Below are positions 59,501 through 64,000 of a stretch of DNA of 64,000 nt, one piece after another. Source of the DNA: Coniocarpon cinnabarinum (lineage: Eukaryota). The DNA is taken from contig JAVECO010000006.1 in assembly GCA_051942205.1 (NCBI GenBank), positions 186,001-250,000 of the forward strand, given 5' to 3'. A program made the translations under genes and the position numbers. Position 1 is the first letter of the stretch; every line of letters begins with the position of its first letter. Under the pieces are notes generated by a model. That model worked only from the letters and a program-made list of their open reading frames with translations. It had not been told where the DNA came from and did not search any database.

Positions 59501-61664
59501 ATGAGCATGTGGGATGTGGGCCTGATGAAGGTGTCTGTAAATTTCTGTTGAGACCGCGGATTCGGTGCTCCAACATACATTTCTGAAGTGCACTGACAGT
59601 CTTTCTTGGATTTTACTTTTGGAGAGCCAAGCCGGTGCTGAATACACACGAGTCTGGCAATGAGTTCACTGGAACGACCAGATACCCGACCTCTTGGCAA
59701 ACAATCGCTCAAGAAAAGCAACGACAGCAGCGAGAGAGCATACCATCTGAATGGATATTCGATGCTTCAACGCTAGCCCGCGCGAAAGCTCAATGTAATA
59801 TACTTGACGTGCCTGGAAAGTGTGGTATTCTTGAGCCTCATGAGCTCGACATTACGGAAAAGCACGATGCAACGGCTCTGGTGGAAGCCATGTCCACTGG
59901 CAAGCTGCGATGCGTGGATGTGATGAGAGCTTTTTGCAGGGTAAGCGGATAGGCACTTTGTTTAGCAATGATACTGATCGATATGCAAAGCGAGCGGCGA
60001 TTGCTCATCAACTTGTGAGTCTTAGTGGTCTAGTCTAGTCCGGATTTCGCGATACTGATGCGAAGCAAGACCAACTGTCTGACAGAGATTTTATTCGACC
60101 AAGCTCTGAGTCAAGCTGCAGAGCACAATACTTACATGCAACGCCACGGAAAGCCAAAAGGACCGTTGCACGGCCTTCCCATCAGCATGAAAGATACCTT
60201 CAGACTACCCGGCGTCGACAGAACTTTCGGAATCGCAGCCTTAGCTGGCAGGCCGAGCTCTAGCGCGTCAACAATCATCGATATCTTATTCTGTGCGGGC
60301 GCGATCCCATTTTGCAAAACAAATTGTTCAATGGCACTCATTGGTCCAGACTATAATAACAACATATTCGGACGAACACTGAATCCGTACAACAAAAAGC
60401 TATGTACTGGCGGAAGTACTGGTGGTGAGGCTGTTTTGGTGAGTATGAAGGGAAGCCCTTTGGGGGTGGGTGCTGATCTAGAAGGTATGTTGGTACGATA
60501 TTGTCAGCTTGATCAGTGCCAATTTGCTCATCTCTTGCGTCTGAAGGAAGCATCAGAATGCCAGCAATGTGCAATGGCGTATGTGCTGTGTCACCCTCGC
60601 CCGACAGACTTAGACCTGCTGGAATGCGCTCAAAAGGACTACCAAGAATTCCCGTACCTCATTCGAGTCAATCAAATGTCGATATGGACTTGAGATGCCT
60701 TCCTTCCATTCAAGGACGAAGCGCAATTGACATCCAATCCAGCGCTGGACCTTTAGCTCGGACGGTCCGTGACTGCGAGCTCTTCCTGCGAGTTTGCATC
60801 GACTCGAAACCGTGGGAGAGTGATCCTTTGGCTATTCCTGGGTTTTGGAAGGACCTTGACCTGAGTCCTCGCAGAGACGCCTCGTCTAGCCCGTCAAAGC
60901 TGAGGATCGGTATCCTGTCCACTGTTTGCAGGTGAGCAGCATCACCACTTTGGCAGTCACAGGAGGTGTTTTAATATGCTGTTAGCCCAGCGCCTCTTCC
61001 TCCACTTCAGCATGTCCTCAACGAGACGGCTGCTTGCTTGAAAGATGCCGGACACGCAGTAGTCAGCATGCCACAATTACCGCATGCAGACGAAATGATC
61101 TTCGAAGTTCTAAACCCACTATTCGATAACGACAATCTAAAAAATTGGCTACCAGCAATAGAAGCAACAGGCGAACCACTCACACCCTGGATACAAGCCC
61201 ACGGAAAGATAAAAGCAGACCTCACGCTAGAAGAGCTGCGCCGTCTTCATCAACGCAGAGAGAGAATGATGTCAGGGATGAGTGACGCGCTTTGGCGGCT
61301 GGGCGAAGACGACGAGATTGACGCTATCATTTGTCCGGTGGCGCCGCATCCGACGCCGCCTTTGGATACTTGGGTCACGAAGGGATATACTTCTCTGTGG
61401 TCTGGGATGGGTCTACCGTCAGGTGTGATTCCTGTGCGATTGTTTGAAGAGGGTGATGCGACGGTCGAGTCAGATGTCGAAAATAATGGTGATTCGTGTG
61501 ATTCAAGTCATCTGGCCGAACTTTGGACAGCTGAGAATAGGAAGAAGTATATTGGTACACCGCTGTGCATTCAAGTCGTCGGTCCCCGCCTTCAGGAACG
61601 GAGACTATTACGAGCGATGAGTGTTATCGAAGCGGAGTTGAGGTCGTGGTCAATCCATCTTTGA
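59501..61664 (+). CDS. Amidase signature family enzyme (acetamidase/FAAH-like), multi-exon; start uncertain
   Basis: RAAIAHQL|TNCLTE, GPLHGLPISMKD (Lys), GGSTGGE (cis-Ser), ADLE|GSIRMPA (Ser nucleophile), GPLARTVRD, YTSLW and GTPLCIQVVG. Confidence 0.88.
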
Positions 61665-61952
61665 TTATGTTGGCCCGAAGATCTTGAGACATCAGCAGAC
61701 GCGCGGAAAAGTGTTTGGAGCTAATTTCAAGTCAAGACCAGATGTCCAAGGCGCTTACTGGGGTGGAAATACATTGAGCATGTGGAAATCATTCAATGAT
61801 ACTTCAAGGGCTTCCACACACAAACTGATTCCAACAGTCCACTGGCATTACGTATCCGACCTCCACTGCCGGGTTAATAGACGTAGACAAACTCACCATT
61901 CCACCCAACCCCTCAATTGTTTAGAGCCTCCCCTTAAGCTCCTCATACCCGA

Positions 61953-63024
61953 TCACGAAGCCGAGATCGTATACCCACTAGTCGTCAGCTTCGCGTTGCT
62001 TCCCGTAAAGACTTCTGATCCCGCCTGCAAACTCTGCAGCACCAGAGAATTGGTGAATCCATTACTCGCGTAGTTCTGGACGAGATACTTGTAGAATGCC
62101 AGAATATCGCCGTTGAAGGTCGTCGCAGCCCGAGAATGCGCGACAAAGCTGTATACCTTCACGTTGCCATTGAGTCCATAGGCGAGATCGAATGGTACGC
62201 CGTTGATGGTGGGAGATGCTATTCTATCTCTTGTGTTAGTACTATTGACCGAAACTACGTCAAAGCTATCGCCTGAACTTCTTTTCCAGAAGCTGATGTG
62301 GCCGTCGAGTGCGCCGCAGGTAACCATGAGGAGCTGGGGGTAAATCGGTGTTTTAGAGGTCGCGAAATGGAAGCGGGCATAACTCACGGTGTGAAGGGAT
62401 ACCCATTCGCACTTAAGGGGCTAATAGAGCCATACAGCCCCAGCCAAACCATGACCTCAAATTGATTGGCGCCATTCGCGCTCGCTCCTAAAAAGGTGTC
62501 GTATGCGACATTGCAAGAGAGGTTCGTGCCAGCATAACTCCAGCTCCACGTCGTGGGAATGGAGGTATACTGCGATATGGCCTTTTGAGGCAGAGAAACT
62601 TCAGCGTTGGTATAGCTTTTGACTTGGGTAGGGTTGTTGGCCCAGGTCCAGGTCGTGTACCTTTGCCATGTCAGTATCTCTGTGTCTTCATCTGACGGCC
62701 GATGACAGCGCGGCAGTGGGGGTAGCAAGGGATGGTCGCAGGATTTGTTGCTGATGTGCTGAATGAGAGAACGAAATACGTAGACTGGACCGACCATTGC
62801 AGACTATTACCATTCGCGAGACCGGTGATGTAGGAGCATTGCGAGCCCGTGGTGCCGGCCGTGCTAGCGCCCCATTCATTGGCATAAAGGGTAAAGGCGC
62901 CAGTGCTGATGCTGCCGTATTGACTGCATTGAGAAGGTGCCCGCTTGACGAGGTCGACAGTGGTAGTTGTGGGAAGAGCAAGAGCAAGGGGCAGAAGTGT
63001 CGCCAGCGAGAGTAGAGCGAGCAT
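61953..63024 (-). CDS. Secreted glycoside hydrolase family 12 endoglucanase/xyloglucanase, 3 exons
   Basis: Signal peptide, NEWG, GSQC, VKSY, NVAYDTF, EVMVWL (nucleophile Glu), VYSFVA and QAGSEVFTG (acid/base Glu). Confidence 0.92.
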
Positions 63025-64000
63025 TCTGAAACTGGGGACTGGATATTCAAGAAGAAAGGAAAGGGTGCCGGAAGGGTGAAGAAGAGCAAGTCAAGGGATT
63101 CAGCGGTTCGGTGGAAGGCCGAAGACGTTAAGATGTTGAGACAGGACGGGCAGGAACGCGATGCAGATGGCAAAAAAAATCTGAGAGGCTTGCGAGTGTT
63201 GAAGAAGCTCTAATAGCTGTGACTATCACCTTGTGTTTATATTATGCGGATTATACGGAAGTACCGAAATGCTGTGCGGTAAGTTCTCAATGTGGCAATC
63301 ACTGCCGAGGGAGGAGTATTGATCGTGGGGTGAGAAAGAAATGATGTACGTTGACTGACAATCGTGGGCGTCTAGACACGTCTGATTTTGCGCATGTCCA
63401 TTGATGGGCGGACGGCGGGGCTATGTAGTCGCGCACCCAGATCTGGCTGGGAAGAGTCCATGCAAGATAGCGACAGGGATGAGGTCCCTGCATCATGCAC
63501 AGCATGACACGAACTCGTCCGATTGGGGCGGGGACGAGTCTTTGTCCGGTCTGCTGGTGGCGCACCTTGCACTAGTGTAGTCATTGTGGGGACCACCAGC
63601 CAATGTTCTTCCAAGAAGTGGCTGTCAATGAAATCGAGATTGGACTTTCGTATGGGAATTGTGCAGGCTGGCAGAGGGAAGTCCAGGGTCAATCGGTTGA
63701 CTTGCCTACCCCATCGATATCGGAGCAACCAACAAAGGTTTGGGAGTGTCTTTTCTAAGGCGCTGGAGACCATGAGGATCTTGGGTTAATCCCCTTTTCT
63801 TTCTTGGACTGCAGCACATCACGTGAGCTTCAGTCAGTCACCATAACCGCAGCATTCTTGTACCAGCTCAGAAGCGGAATCTCCCCATCTTGACACATGC
63901 ATGCGGCCACGTCGGCCCACCTCACCATGAATTCCTCATGGCTCATGGCACGAGTAAGCTTGCCGGTCACAGCTCTGTACAGTGCCTCCATGACTCGAAA

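Overview
Gene-dense eukaryotic DNA from a filamentous ascomycete, with GT-AG introns and CT(A/G)AC branch sites. I see no rRNA, tRNA or CRISPR array and no intact transposase. About 20 protein genes can be supported. Housekeeping or well-known genes: an NAD-dependent epimerase, GPI-anchored GH17 EglC, an S10 carboxypeptidase, a divergent GT69 / PGAP4-like glycosyltransferase pair, a calpain-like protease, a UBE2W-like E2, RPC40, Brr2, an amidase and a GH12. Accessory-looking genes: a ~2,100-aa NACHT/TPR-like NLR, a secreted CFEM-PEBP fusion, two dispersed paralogous secreted proteins (one invisible in the ORF track) with a possible G1-peptidase-like Q/E pair, and several orphans. The most striking item is a multi-exon gene (56597-59295) that fuses a HeLo-like/STAND N-terminal domain to a catalytically degenerate G-alpha domain. 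Its long first intron contains an apparent zero-length-exon (AG|GT) site. Exon boundaries were read by eye and family calls come from motif recognition, not database searches.
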